From a virus (Duplodnaviria; Caudoviricetes), in IMG/VR virus record IMGVR_UViG_3300044878_000242, positions 1 through 60,872 of that record: a stretch of DNA of 60,872 nucleotides, one strand, 5' to 3'. The translations under genes and the position numbers were made by a program. Shown here one piece after another: positions 1-7,631 of this stretch. Position 1 is the stretch's first letter. Every line of letters begins with the position of its first letter. The notes under the pieces are model-generated. The model did no database searches and was not told where the DNA came from. It was given only the letters and a program-made list of their open reading frames with translations.

Positions 1-547
1 GGCGCGTTCCGCCCTTCGGCCCCCTTGGACCATTGGCCGGTATTATTGAATCCCCAATCCAGCCAGGCCCCCAGCGGCTGGGCCACTGTCGCCCGGATTT
101 TTACCACCTCTATCGCCGCCTCAACTCCATTGAAATCAAACCGGTGTTTTCCTACCAACCACGCCGCCATGCCCCGCTCGGTGTCCTCAGCCTGGCTTTT
201 ATTCGCTAGCATCTCCACCGGCAGCCCAATCGCCACGGCCACCTTCTGTCCGGTCAAGCCCAACTGCGCCACCAGCGCGTAAAACATCGCCCGCAGCTCC
301 GAGCTGCTGACGAATCGGCTCTTGTCCAACTGCTCGACGGGCCGGGTATAGGTGGCCACATTGGGGCCGACCAGGTACTCCATTCCCTCAAACCCCACCT
401 GAAACGGCAGGTCGCCCCGCCGGGCAATGTCCAGGCCGGCCAGGTTAAACCCGCTCGGCTCAACAATGCGCCCCGCTCCCGCCACGCTCGGCATGGTCGC
501 CGTATTCATCTGCCCATTTATCCAGGCCGCCTTCTGGCAGCCGTAGC
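1..547. repeat. Imperfect direct terminal repeat, left copy (partner 60326-60872)
   Basis: Gap-free alignment with about 37 mismatches in 547 nt by hand count, mostly at third codon positions. Confidence 0.95.
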
Positions 548-596
548 CCGGGTCCCACCCAAATTTCTCCACGTTTTCAGAACTTTTGTTCGCCAT
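1..596 (-). CDS. ParM/StbA-family actin-like ATPase, N-terminal part (runs off the window start)
   Basis: ATG at 596 reads MANKSSENVEKFGWDPGYGCQK, containing the actin phosphate-1 motif DxGxGxxK. Colinear with the copy at 59848-60872. Confidence 0.8.
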   Translation of the reverse strand, partial: MANKSSENVEKFGWDPGYGCQKAAWINGQMNTATMPSVAGAGRIVEPSGFNLAGLDIARRGDLPFQVGFEGMEYLVGPNVATYTRPVEQLDKSRFVSSSELRAMFYALVAQLGLTGQKVAVAIGLPVEMLANKSQAEDTERGMAAWLVGKHRFDFNGVEAAIEVVKIRATVAQPLGAWLDWGFNNTGQWSKGAEGRNA

Positions 597-597
597 C

Positions 598-626
598 TTG
601 ACTTTTCCTTTCATTTATGTTATCTT
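598..626 (+). promoter_or_regulatory. Sigma70-like promoter, antisense to the early operon
   Basis: TTGACT-17nt-TATCTT with an extended TG. Confidence 0.45.
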
Positions 627-661
627 GAAAGGGTCTTCCAACCCTAACCTCGTTTGCCTCC

Positions 662-698
662 GAGGGCTAGCTCGCCCCAGCTAGCCCTCATTTTTTTC
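662..698 (+). terminator. Intrinsic terminator
   Basis: GAGGGCTAGCT-cgcccc-AGCTAGCCCTC followed by ATTTTTTT. Confidence 0.6.
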
Positions 699-1157
699 AT
701 AAAACATCTGCGGGATTTCCACCCGCTCCACTAGCATGTAACCTGGCACTATAGCGCTCACCCCCTCTCCAATCCGCTGATTAAAATCACGACATCTATT
801 CCGCAGCAGGTGATCAATCGTCACCCACCTGTTACTCTCCACCTCGGCCCCGGCCAAATCCACACATTGGATCACCCGATCTGCCAGGGCCGTAATCTCC
901 AACACCACCTCTACCCACTTCGGCAGCCGGCCCCGCCGTTTCGGCCCATCGGCAAAGCGCTGAATCCTCCGGCAGGTCGCCTTGATGGCCTCGGCCCGCG
1001 TTTTTACCCTGGGCAGCAGCAGCTTTACCAGTCTGAAATTTTGCCGATCCAGCCCCTCATGGATACAGGTCTGGAGCGTGCTCACAATAATCTGCTGCTC
1101 CTGGTAAATCAATTCCACCAACTCAATCGCCCCGTCGGGCAAAGGTTTATTTGTCAT
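681..1157 (-). CDS. Hypothetical protein
   Basis: 158-aa ORF with RBS-like AAGGAG, in the minus-strand early operon. Confidence 0.65.
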   Translation of the reverse strand: MTNKPLPDGAIELVELIYQEQQIIVSTLQTCIHEGLDRQNFRLVKLLLPRVKTRAEAIKATCRRIQRFADGPKRRGRLPKWVEVVLEITALADRVIQCVDLAGAEVESNRWVTIDHLLRNRCRDFNQRIGEGVSAIVPGYMLVERVEIPQMFYEKNEG

Positions 1158-1209
1158 CCCAACTCCTTGTTAATCTGCATCATCCACGCCGCCGCCGGTA
1201 TCCGGCCAG

Positions 1210-1401
1210 CTAACCCCTGTCCCTTTGCCGGATCACATTCCGGCCCTTCTGCCACACCGCATACTGGTACTCCTCCGGCAGCTCCTCCGTCCTGCTGCAA
1301 GGCCGGCATTGGTACACCAGCCGCCCGTTGATGATCTGGACATCCTGCCGGGTGACCATACCGCAGACCGGGCAATGCCGGGCTATCAGGCTCTTAGTCA
1401 T
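1210..1401 (-). CDS. Small zinc-ribbon protein
   Basis: CPVC...CRPC motifs; start placed at MTKSL. Confidence 0.55.
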   Translation of the reverse strand: MTKSLIARHCPVCGMVTRQDVQIINGRLVYQCRPCSRTEELPEEYQYAVWQKGRNVIRQRDRG

Positions 1402-1488
1402 TTCCCCGCCGCCTCTCCACCCGAAAATGCCAGACCAGGTTGACCAGGGCAAAGGCCACGGTCATTATGATAGCTGCGATTATGTTAG

Positions 1489-1842
1489 TCATTGCAGTTC
1501 CCTGTCTAAATGGCTGTTGCGCCGCTTCTGCGCTGCCCATTTAATTACCTGTCCTGCAATCATCGGCCCGCCGCTCAACACGTGGCCCGCCAAGGGAAAC
1601 AGCGCCACCCACCACAACTCGGCCCGGCCCAAACTCGACACCGCCACCAGTAACGCGGCCCCCACGCACGCATCCGTCACCGCATCTCCAATCAACACCG
1701 AGACCCACGTCCACCCCGGCGCAAACGGCCGGTAATAAATCACCGCTGCGTAAAACACCCCGAAGCCCAGCAGGATCAACCCGATTAAAATAAGCGCTTG
1801 TTGCAGTTCAATGAAGATCATTTTTATCTCGTTTATATTCAA
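1489..1842 (-). CDS. Membrane protein
   Basis: Three hydrophobic segments. Confidence 0.6.
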   Translation of the reverse strand: MNINEIKMIFIELQQALILIGLILLGFGVFYAAVIYYRPFAPGWTWVSVLIGDAVTDACVGAALLVAVSSLGRAELWWVALFPLAGHVLSGGPMIAGQVIKWAAQKRRNSHLDRELQ

Positions 1843-1912
1843 AGAATTTATTAAATGAAACCCTACTCAAAAACTGTGATACTCTAAAACTGGCACATTA
1901 ACAACCAAATAC

Positions 1913-1940
1913 AGGCGAAACAATTTCCCTTGTGTGACCT
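1913..1940 (-). repeat. 28-bp 11-6-11 motif, copy 1 (inverted orientation)
   Basis: AGGCGAAACAA-TTTCCC-TTGTGTGACCT. Confidence 0.85.
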
Positions 1941-2145
1941 ATTTTGGTTTTGGCCCTTTTTCGCCGCCTTCTAAAGGTGGCATATTGAGGCCGTGGGCAA
2001 TATCCACGTCGGGATCATCGCCCTCCTCCGTCCCCAAATCCTCATCCGTCAGCGCCCCATCAAACTTCGCCAACAACAACCACGCCCCCACCCCCACCAC
2101 CACAATCCCTACCATCGCCACCACAAAACCCAACTCAAAATTCAT
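1939..2145 (-). CDS. Small single-TM membrane protein
   Basis: GAGGAG RBS before MNFELG; hydrophobic N-terminus, acidic tail. Confidence 0.55.
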   Translation of the reverse strand: MNFELGFVVAMVGIVVVGVGAWLLLAKFDGALTDEDLGTEEGDDPDVDIAHGLNMPPLEGGEKGPKPK

Positions 2146-2176
2146 CGTCTCCTCCTCATTGTTCATTGATCCTTGT

Positions 2177-3421
2177 TCATTGTTCATTGCTCATCGCCAT
2201 CGCCATCTGCTCCCCCACCGCCTTCTTCTTCCGCCGCACCTTCCCCTTCGGCAGCAACGATTCCGCCGCCGCCTGTCCGCCCACATCCACCGGATCATCC
2301 AGCGTGGTCATGGTGTACACCTGCGTCACTGCCAGCGAACTATGCCCCAGCAGGTTGCGGATCTCCTCAAAATCTATCCCTTTTCCCTGCCCCTTCATCA
2401 ACTGCACCCGGAGCCGCGCCCCGGCGTGCCGTAATCCGTGGATATGCGCCTTGGTCGAATCTACCCCCGCCCGCCGGGCGTACTTTTTCAAAATCCGGTT
2501 GGCCAGGCTGTTAGAAATCGGCTTCGGCCCTGCTCCCTCTCCCTGGGGGTTGGGGGAGTCCTCGCCCTGAGCCGTGAGCCTGTCGAACGGTCGAAGGGGG
2601 CCACCAAACCGCAGCACCCGCTCCTCATCCAGGGGGATAAAAACGTAATCATCGGCTCCTATCGTCTCCCCTCGACCATCCGCACCTAAATAGGTTTTTA
2701 TCGCCGTGTAGCACTGTTTATTTAGCACAGCCTTCTTGATTTTGCCACCCTTATACCGGTACTGAAAGGCATAATCACCGCTGTCGGTCTCCACCAGGTC
2801 GCCCCAGCGCAGGTTCAAAACCTCGGAGCTTCGCCGGCACGTCACCAGGATCGTATAGAGCAGCGCAAAGTCACGCTTCCCCGTCAGGCACTCCGTATTG
2901 ATCGCCGCCAGCATCGTTTTTGCCTCATCCGTGCTCGGATACTTGGCTTTACCGTAAGGCGTCACCTTCAGCCGGTCCACCACATCAAACGGGTTGCGCT
3001 TATCCGCCGGCCATAAGTCGTATTTTTTCTGCACGTACCGGTAAAAATCCCCCAGCGCCGCCAGCTTCAGGTTAAACGTGCTCTGAGCCAGCGGCTCCCG
3101 TCGCAGCACCTGCCCGCTCTTCCGGTCCACCACCGGCTTACCCTCAAACATCAAATGCGCCGCCCATCGCTCCGCCATCTCCGGCAGCACTTCCCATGGC
3201 CGCACCTGGGCCCAGCGGAAGAACTGCTTCCAGGCCGTCTCATAATTCATCGCCGTGCTGCCCGTATCGTTCCGCCGGCGCTTCGCCTCCAGCCAGTGGT
3301 GGTACGCATCCAGCCAGGCCACCCACAAGCCGGTATCCTCATCCCCCAAAACCATCCCGTCCAGGATAGAGGTGCTAAATTCAACCGCCGGAATAATCTC
3401 AACCCGCATATCGTTAGCCAT
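2177..3421 (-). CDS. Tyrosine recombinase/integrase (XerC/D-like)
   Basis: Catalytic residues: R in CRRSSEV, K in YKGGK, HGLRH, LGHSS and Y in TQVY; N-terminal core-binding domain. Confidence 0.92.
   Translation of the reverse strand: MANDMRVEIIPAVEFSTSILDGMVLGDEDTGLWVAWLDAYHHWLEAKRRRNDTGSTAMNYETAWKQFFRWAQVRPWEVLPEMAERWAAHLMFEGKPVVDRKSGQVLRREPLAQSTFNLKLAALGDFYRYVQKKYDLWPADKRNPFDVVDRLKVTPYGKAKYPSTDEAKTMLAAINTECLTGKRDFALLYTILVTCRRSSEVLNLRWGDLVETDSGDYAFQYRYKGGKIKKAVLNKQCYTAIKTYLGADGRGETIGADDYVFIPLDEERVLRFGGPLRPFDRLTAQGEDSPNPQGEGAGPKPISNSLANRILKKYARRAGVDSTKAHIHGLRHAGARLRVQLMKGQGKGIDFEEIRNLLGHSSLAVTQVYTMTTLDDPVDVGGQAAAESLLPKGKVRRKKKAVGEQMAMAMSNEQ
2530..2600. repeat. REP-like palindromic elements inserted in frame in the recombinase
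   Basis: CCCTCTCCCTGGGGGTTGGGGGA plus CCCTGAGCCGTGAGCCTGTCGAACGGTCGAAGGG; near-identical copy at 4592-4629. Confidence 0.7.
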
Positions 3422-3469
3422 AATTGCCCCTTTTAATGTTGATAAACTCTTCCGTACCGGCGGCCTTGC

Positions 3470-3506
3470 CCCCCTCTCCTAGTAGGAGAGGGGCTGGGGG
3501 TGAGGT
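3470..3506. repeat. REP-like palindrome (CCCTCTCC...GGAGAGGG family)
   Basis: CCCCTCTCCTAGTAGGAGAGGGGCTGGGGGTGAGG; relatives at about 8207-8240 and 33383-33413. Confidence 0.65.
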
Positions 3507-3533
3507 CCCCAGCACGAAACAACCTACCAACTT

Positions 3534-3701
3534 TTACAAATCGTTCCGCCGCGCCAATTCTGCCAGCGCCAAAACCAACACCGTCAGCGCCCGCTCCTTC
3601 TCATCCGTCTCCGCCAAAACCTGCATCTCCAAAAAGCGCACAAACCCCTCCGAAATCTCCTTTTCCCAATCAACAACCACCGGCTCAATCCCCTTACTCA
3701 T
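3534..3701 (-). CDS. Hypothetical protein
   Basis: Short ORF from MSKGIE in the operon. Confidence 0.45.
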   Translation of the reverse strand: MSKGIEPVVVDWEKEISEGFVRFLEMQVLAETDEKERALTVLVLALAELARRNDL

Positions 3702-3769
3702 TGTTAATTGTTCATTGATCCTTGATCCTTGTTCACCTGCACTTGGCGAAAGACAAGTGTTGTTCATTT

Positions 3770-4045
3770 CTAATTGCTCCTCCCCACCGGCGGCAGAAAA
3801 AACATCACCTTCGCCGCGGTCGACTCCGCCATCACAAACTCAATCGCCGGCCCCACCTCGACCACCACCACCAGGTCATAGTTGTACGCCCCGGACTCGA
3901 TCACGAAATACGGCACCACCTGCACCTGCACAATGTCCACCACCACCAGACCGTCTCCCGCCTTCTCCCCCACCAGCCCGTTGACCAACCCCTCGATCTC
4001 CCCAAACGTCACATTCTCGACCGTTTTCACCCGATTCGCCATCAC
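3770..4045 (-). CDS. Hypothetical protein
   Basis: ORF overlapping the upstream stop by 4 nt (translational coupling). Confidence 0.5.
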   Translation of the reverse strand: MMANRVKTVENVTFGEIEGLVNGLVGEKAGDGLVVVDIVQVQVVPYFVIESGAYNYDLVVVVEVGPAIEFVMAESTAAKVMFFLPPVGRSN

Positions 4046-4248
4046 AGCACCCCTTCCGTAACCTTAACGCCGGCCATAATGTCCAACACCCGCTCCTCCA
4101 AATTCAGCCAGGCCCGCTCACAATCCCGTTTGGCCGCCCGTTCCCATACCTCGGCCTCACTCAACCGGCCCGACCGCCAGGCCACACAATCTATTCGCGA
4201 CTCCTGATCCAACGCCGCCCGCTTTTCTTTGATCTCCGCTCGTGTCAT
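4042..4248 (-). CDS. Hypothetical protein
   Basis: Coupled ORF (ATGA overlap). Confidence 0.55.
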   Translation of the reverse strand: MTRAEIKEKRAALDQESRIDCVAWRSGRLSEAEVWERAAKRDCERAWLNLEERVLDIMAGVKVTEGVL

Positions 4249-4514
4249 CGCCCTACTCCTTCCACCAACTTCTTTACTTGCTGGGTCACCCGCCCCAACG
4301 GATTATTGAATCCCCACCTGTCTTGACCAATCACCACCACCCAATCGCAGCCGGTCTCAAACCGTTCCTGCAACGTCATCGCCCGCATCGTGGCCGCCCG
4401 ACCATCGACCGTGGGCAGACTGAACAGGCTATATCCCTCCGGGTTCTCCCCGGCCCTGGCCCACCCGTAAAGGATCGGCGAGTCCAGCTTGTTGCCGAGC
4501 GCCAGCCTAGCCAT
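4245..4514 (-). CDS. Hypothetical protein
   Basis: GGAGG RBS, coupled to the next ORF. Confidence 0.55.
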   Translation of the reverse strand: MARLALGNKLDSPILYGWARAGENPEGYSLFSLPTVDGRAATMRAMTLQERFETGCDWVVVIGQDRWGFNNPLGRVTQQVKKLVEGVGR

Positions 4515-4591
4515 TCGCCACCTCCAGCACCCTCACCGATCCCCCCACCATCCACAGAATCGACCGGCCCTCTACTCCCGCTTTGAGGCTG

Positions 4592-4629
4592 CGTCCTGAG
4601 CCGTGAGCTTGTCGAACGGTCGAAGGACG
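4592..4629. repeat. Nested REP-like palindrome
   Basis: CGTCCTGAGCCGTGAGCTTGTCGAACGGTCGAAGGACG, near-identical to 2566-2599. Confidence 0.75.
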
Positions 4630-4642
4630 CAGGACGGCGGGC

Positions 4643-4671
4643 TTGACCCCAAAAACAACCTGTGTTATAAT
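4643..4671 (+). promoter_or_regulatory. Near-consensus sigma70 promoter, antisense to the early operon
   Basis: TTGACC-17nt-TATAAT with an extended TG. Confidence 0.6.
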
Positions 4672-4749
4672 TCTCCACATAACAGAACATCCTTTCTGTC
4701 GTTAAGAAGCTTACCCATCGCCGCCAAGCATCCGGGTGAGCTTCTTGCT

Positions 4750-5037
4750 TTATATAGCCTGTCGCTCCGAGACATATATTTGGTTTTTTCGCCACGTCCA
4801 ATAATCCGCATCATTTCCCCAGGCCAGTTCCCCCAGGTACGGCAGCCGCCGCTTCCCATCCACCGCCTCGCCGATCCGCACCGCCTGCACCTGCTCCGGC
4901 CCCAACAGCGTCGAAATCCGCTCCGCCCAATACAGCCCTTCCCCCGCCGGACACTCCACCCCCACCGGCTTTCCATCCATTGGTATCACTGTTAATCTGG
5001 TCATCTGGTTGCCTCCATCATCATTGCTGGTTATCAA
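4750..5037 (-). CDS. Hypothetical protein
   Basis: ORF downstream of the Cro-like gene; likely start MTRLTV after GGAGG. Confidence 0.5.
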   Translation of the reverse strand: MITSNDDGGNQMTRLTVIPMDGKPVGVECPAGEGLYWAERISTLLGPEQVQAVRIGEAVDGKRRLPYLGELAWGNDADYWTWRKNQIYVSERQAI

Positions 5038-5110
5038 TTACCAATTACTAACTACTAACTACTAACTACTAATTACTAATTACTAATTACTAACTACTAA
5101 CTACTAATTA
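5035..5110. repeat. Heptamer tandem repeat (ACTACTA/ACTAATT)
   Basis: About 10 consecutive 7-nt units. Confidence 0.9.
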
Positions 5111-5448
5111 CCAACCTCATCCCCCGGCCCGGTCCCAAGGTGAACCAACTTCCGCTCTTTTGGGGAAGGTGCTGATGCTAACGTCTTCGCTTTTATCATG
5201 TCATTGGGAATAAAACCGGGGAGTTGATCCACCCGTAGCCGGGCCATCATCTGATCTTGGGGTTCATCGACTTCATCGCCGTTAGGCATAGCCGCCAGGG
5301 GGAGTTGGGTCATTCTGCGCACACGTTCTGTTTCAATCAATTTGCGCACAATGTAGGATACGGAACGATCATCTTGCTTCGCCCAACGTTCAAGCAGTTC
5401 CTTCGTATCCGTATCCGTACTAAATGTCATTATGATAGGCTCTCCCAT
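5104..5448 (-). CDS. Ribbon-helix-helix DNA-binding protein (Cro-position regulator)
   Basis: IMTFSTD...LLERWAKQDDRSVSYIVRKLIE matches the RHH/CopG pattern; divergent from the repressor. Confidence 0.7.
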   Translation of the reverse strand: MGEPIIMTFSTDTDTKELLERWAKQDDRSVSYIVRKLIETERVRRMTQLPLAAMPNGDEVDEPQDQMMARLRVDQLPGFIPNDMIKAKTLASAPSPKERKLVHLGTGPGDEVGN

Positions 5449-5493
5449 CTCAACTGTTTCCTTTCGCTAAGAAAAACGTTCCCGTTGGAAAGA

Positions 5494-5522
5494 ATAATAT
5501 CACACTTATGAAATCTTGTCAA
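5494..5522 (-). promoter_or_regulatory. Early lytic promoter, with candidate operators TTCC-N4-GGAA nearby at 5479-5490 and 5538-5549
   Basis: Minus strand TTGACA-17nt-TATTAT with an extended TG. Confidence 0.65.
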
Positions 5523-5555
5523 TAGTTAATATTTTAATTCCCAAAGGAATTTAAT

Positions 5556-6203
5556 ATGCAGTTACAATATAGTCAGAAGAATCGCGTGAAACCATTAAAG
5601 TATTGGATAGAAGAAAAATTACAGGAGCGCCACTGGAAACCAGCGGACTTAGCTAGAAATGCGGGGATAAAAGATGCGACGCTTAGTCGTATTTTAAACG
5701 GAGATCGCAATGCCGGCGCAGAGGTTTGCAAACGGATTGCTGGGGCGCTGGATGAACCAGCAGAAAAAGTCTTTCGTTTGGCCGGGCTGCTTCCTGCTAC
5801 CCCAGAGCCGCCGCCAAATCAAGAAAAACTTATCTTGCGCCAAATCCAACAGCTTATCCAGCATGCTAACCTGGTCCAAATCAAAGAAACCAACAGCGAA
5901 TATCATCCTGGAGCACCTGCCACTGGCGAGACCCACCCTCCGGTAATCGCGCCGGACGATGAGGATATAATGAATATCCTCAAACAGCTCGATCAATTCC
6001 ACTTGCGTCAGGTGTATGATTTTGCCCGGTGGCAGCTCAGCCAGCAGAACCATCCACTTAACTCCAGCGGAACACCAGAGCCGACAACAGCAGAGATAAT
6101 TGATTTGATGCTGCTTGTAGACGAATCCAGCCCGAGTCAGCGGGAAGCGATGATCAATTATCTATTAAATTTACCAGATCAGGGAAATAAGCCGGGGATA
6201 TGA
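5556..6203 (+). CDS. XRE-family HTH repressor (CI-like)
   Basis: WKPADLARNAGIKDATLSRILNGDRN HTH; divergent from the Cro-like gene. Confidence 0.85.
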   Translation: MQLQYSQKNRVKPLKYWIEEKLQERHWKPADLARNAGIKDATLSRILNGDRNAGAEVCKRIAGALDEPAEKVFRLAGLLPATPEPPPNQEKLILRQIQQLIQHANLVQIKETNSEYHPGAPATGETHPPVIAPDDEDIMNILKQLDQFHLRQVYDFARWQLSQQNHPLNSSGTPEPTTAEIIDLMLLVDESSPSQREAMINYLLNLPDQGNKPGI

Positions 6204-6445
6204 TGCGGTTTTTTAACAACAGCGTAAGCGCGGCCATTTGCAGGCCGGCATCTTTCGCCAGGATAAAAATGGCGAAAAACGTAAATTCAGGGTCGATAGC
6301 CAATTTCTTTACCAGATCGGGAGATAGATATGCTCTCAATGGCGGATTCCTTCTTATTCTGATTACAGGCCCCAAGACTCCCGCAAAAAGTATATCACAA
6401 GAAGCAGCTCTAACTATCTAGCTTAATGGTACTAGGAGACCCCTA

Positions 6446-7171
6446 ATGTCGACACCAAAAAAACTGCGTTCGTTCCTGTTCACTCTCCTCCTGATCCTGG
6501 CCGGCTGTTCAGCGCAAACCGTTGGCCTCCTCCCCACCAACACCCCCCGGCCCGGCCCCACCAGTACCTTTACGCCTGCTCCCACCAACACTCCTACCAT
6601 TACCCCAACCCCAACCCCACCCCCGGCCACCCCCACTCCTCCCCCTGCACCTACCGCTACACCTGTAATTATGGATGGCGCCGGCGATAGCGTGGCGGAT
6701 ATTACGATCAGCGAACCCGTCTTGCTTCGCATCGCCGGCAACACTGAGAGCCGAAACTTCGCCATAATTGCCCATGGGGCAAATCATCAGGATTTATTGG
6801 TTAATACCCTGGTGCCTTATACCGGCATTCGCCCCCTCAATTTTCAGGAAACATCAACCCGCCTGGAAATCAAAGCAGCGGGCAACTGGCATATCGAGAT
6901 ATGGCCTTTGGTTTCGGCCCATCGAATATCCGTTCCCGGCGAATTCAAAGGATCGGGTGACGATGTTTTATTTATTGATGGTGCGCCCAACACGGCCACC
7001 ATCAGCGGGAATCAAGCAGAGCGAAATTTTGCCGTCATTGGCTACGGCAAAACATCCGACCTGTTGGTAAATGCACTTGATCCCTACCAGGGCACCGTAA
7101 TAGTCAACCCGGAAACGCTTGTGCTGGAGGTGCGAGCCGTGGGCGGGTGGACAATAAAACTAAACCCGTAG
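6446..7171 (+). CDS. Lipoprotein with a Pro/Thr linker and two repeated beta domains (possible superinfection exclusion)
   Basis: Signal peptide with LAGC lipobox, PTxTPT linker, internal duplication (GN..SRNFAII...DLLVN twice). Confidence 0.75.
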   Translation: MSTPKKLRSFLFTLLLILAGCSAQTVGLLPTNTPRPGPTSTFTPAPTNTPTITPTPTPPPATPTPPPAPTATPVIMDGAGDSVADITISEPVLLRIAGNTESRNFAIIAHGANHQDLLVNTLVPYTGIRPLNFQETSTRLEIKAAGNWHIEIWPLVSAHRISVPGEFKGSGDDVLFIDGAPNTATISGNQAERNFAVIGYGKTSDLLVNALDPYQGTVIVNPETLVLEVRAVGGWTIKLNP

Positions 7172-7198
7172 CAGCCGGGCTTATCCCTGCCCGCATCC

Positions 7199-7226
7199 AG
7201 GTCAAACAACACCGCTTGTCTGACCT
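7199..7226. repeat. 28-bp 11-6-11 motif, copy 2 (most symmetric)
   Basis: AGGTCAAACAA-CACCGC-TTGTCTGACCT. Confidence 0.85.
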
Positions 7227-7343
7227 GAATAGCTATGCTAATATAACGCCAAATAAAAAAGCCCGGCAATGTGTTGCAAGCACATCGCCGGGCTATCCAC
7301 CTGCTGTTGCCCCAGCAAGCGGTTGAATTGATAATACCAATTC

Positions 7344-7382
7344 AAGCGGCTTTTCGCAACAGCGGAAGCCGCTTTTTGTTTT
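7344..7382 (+). terminator. Intrinsic terminator
   Basis: AAGCGGCTTTTCGC-aaca-GCGGAAGCCGCTT followed by a T-run. Confidence 0.6.
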
Positions 7383-7400
7383 GTTTCTGCCAAAATAGCC

Positions 7401-7451
7401 ATTTTTCCAACCACGAAAAATAAAAATTTTATTTTTCGTGGTTGGAAAAAT
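7401..7451. repeat. Perfect 51-bp palindrome (25-bp arms, 1-nt centre)
   Basis: ATTTTTCCAACCACGAAAAATAAAA-A-TTTTATTTTTCGTGGTTGGAAAAAT. Confidence 0.95.
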
Positions 7452-7631
7452 CAAGCCCCACTCCCCCTACTATCTACCCCTACTCCCTACTCCCCCCCCC
7501 GGAAACGGTAAAATTTACCAACTCGTAGGGGGGGGTAAATAGGGCAGTAGGGCCTAGTAGGGGCATAGTAGGGGGTAGTAGGGGCACAGTAGGGGGTAGT
7601 AGGGGCAGTAGGGGCACCCAGGGAGACGCAT

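Noticed and set aside
7401-7451. N15-type linear plasmid prophage telomere
   Set aside because: No protelomerase is recognisable and the palindrome has an unpaired central base; kept only as an unexplained palindrome.
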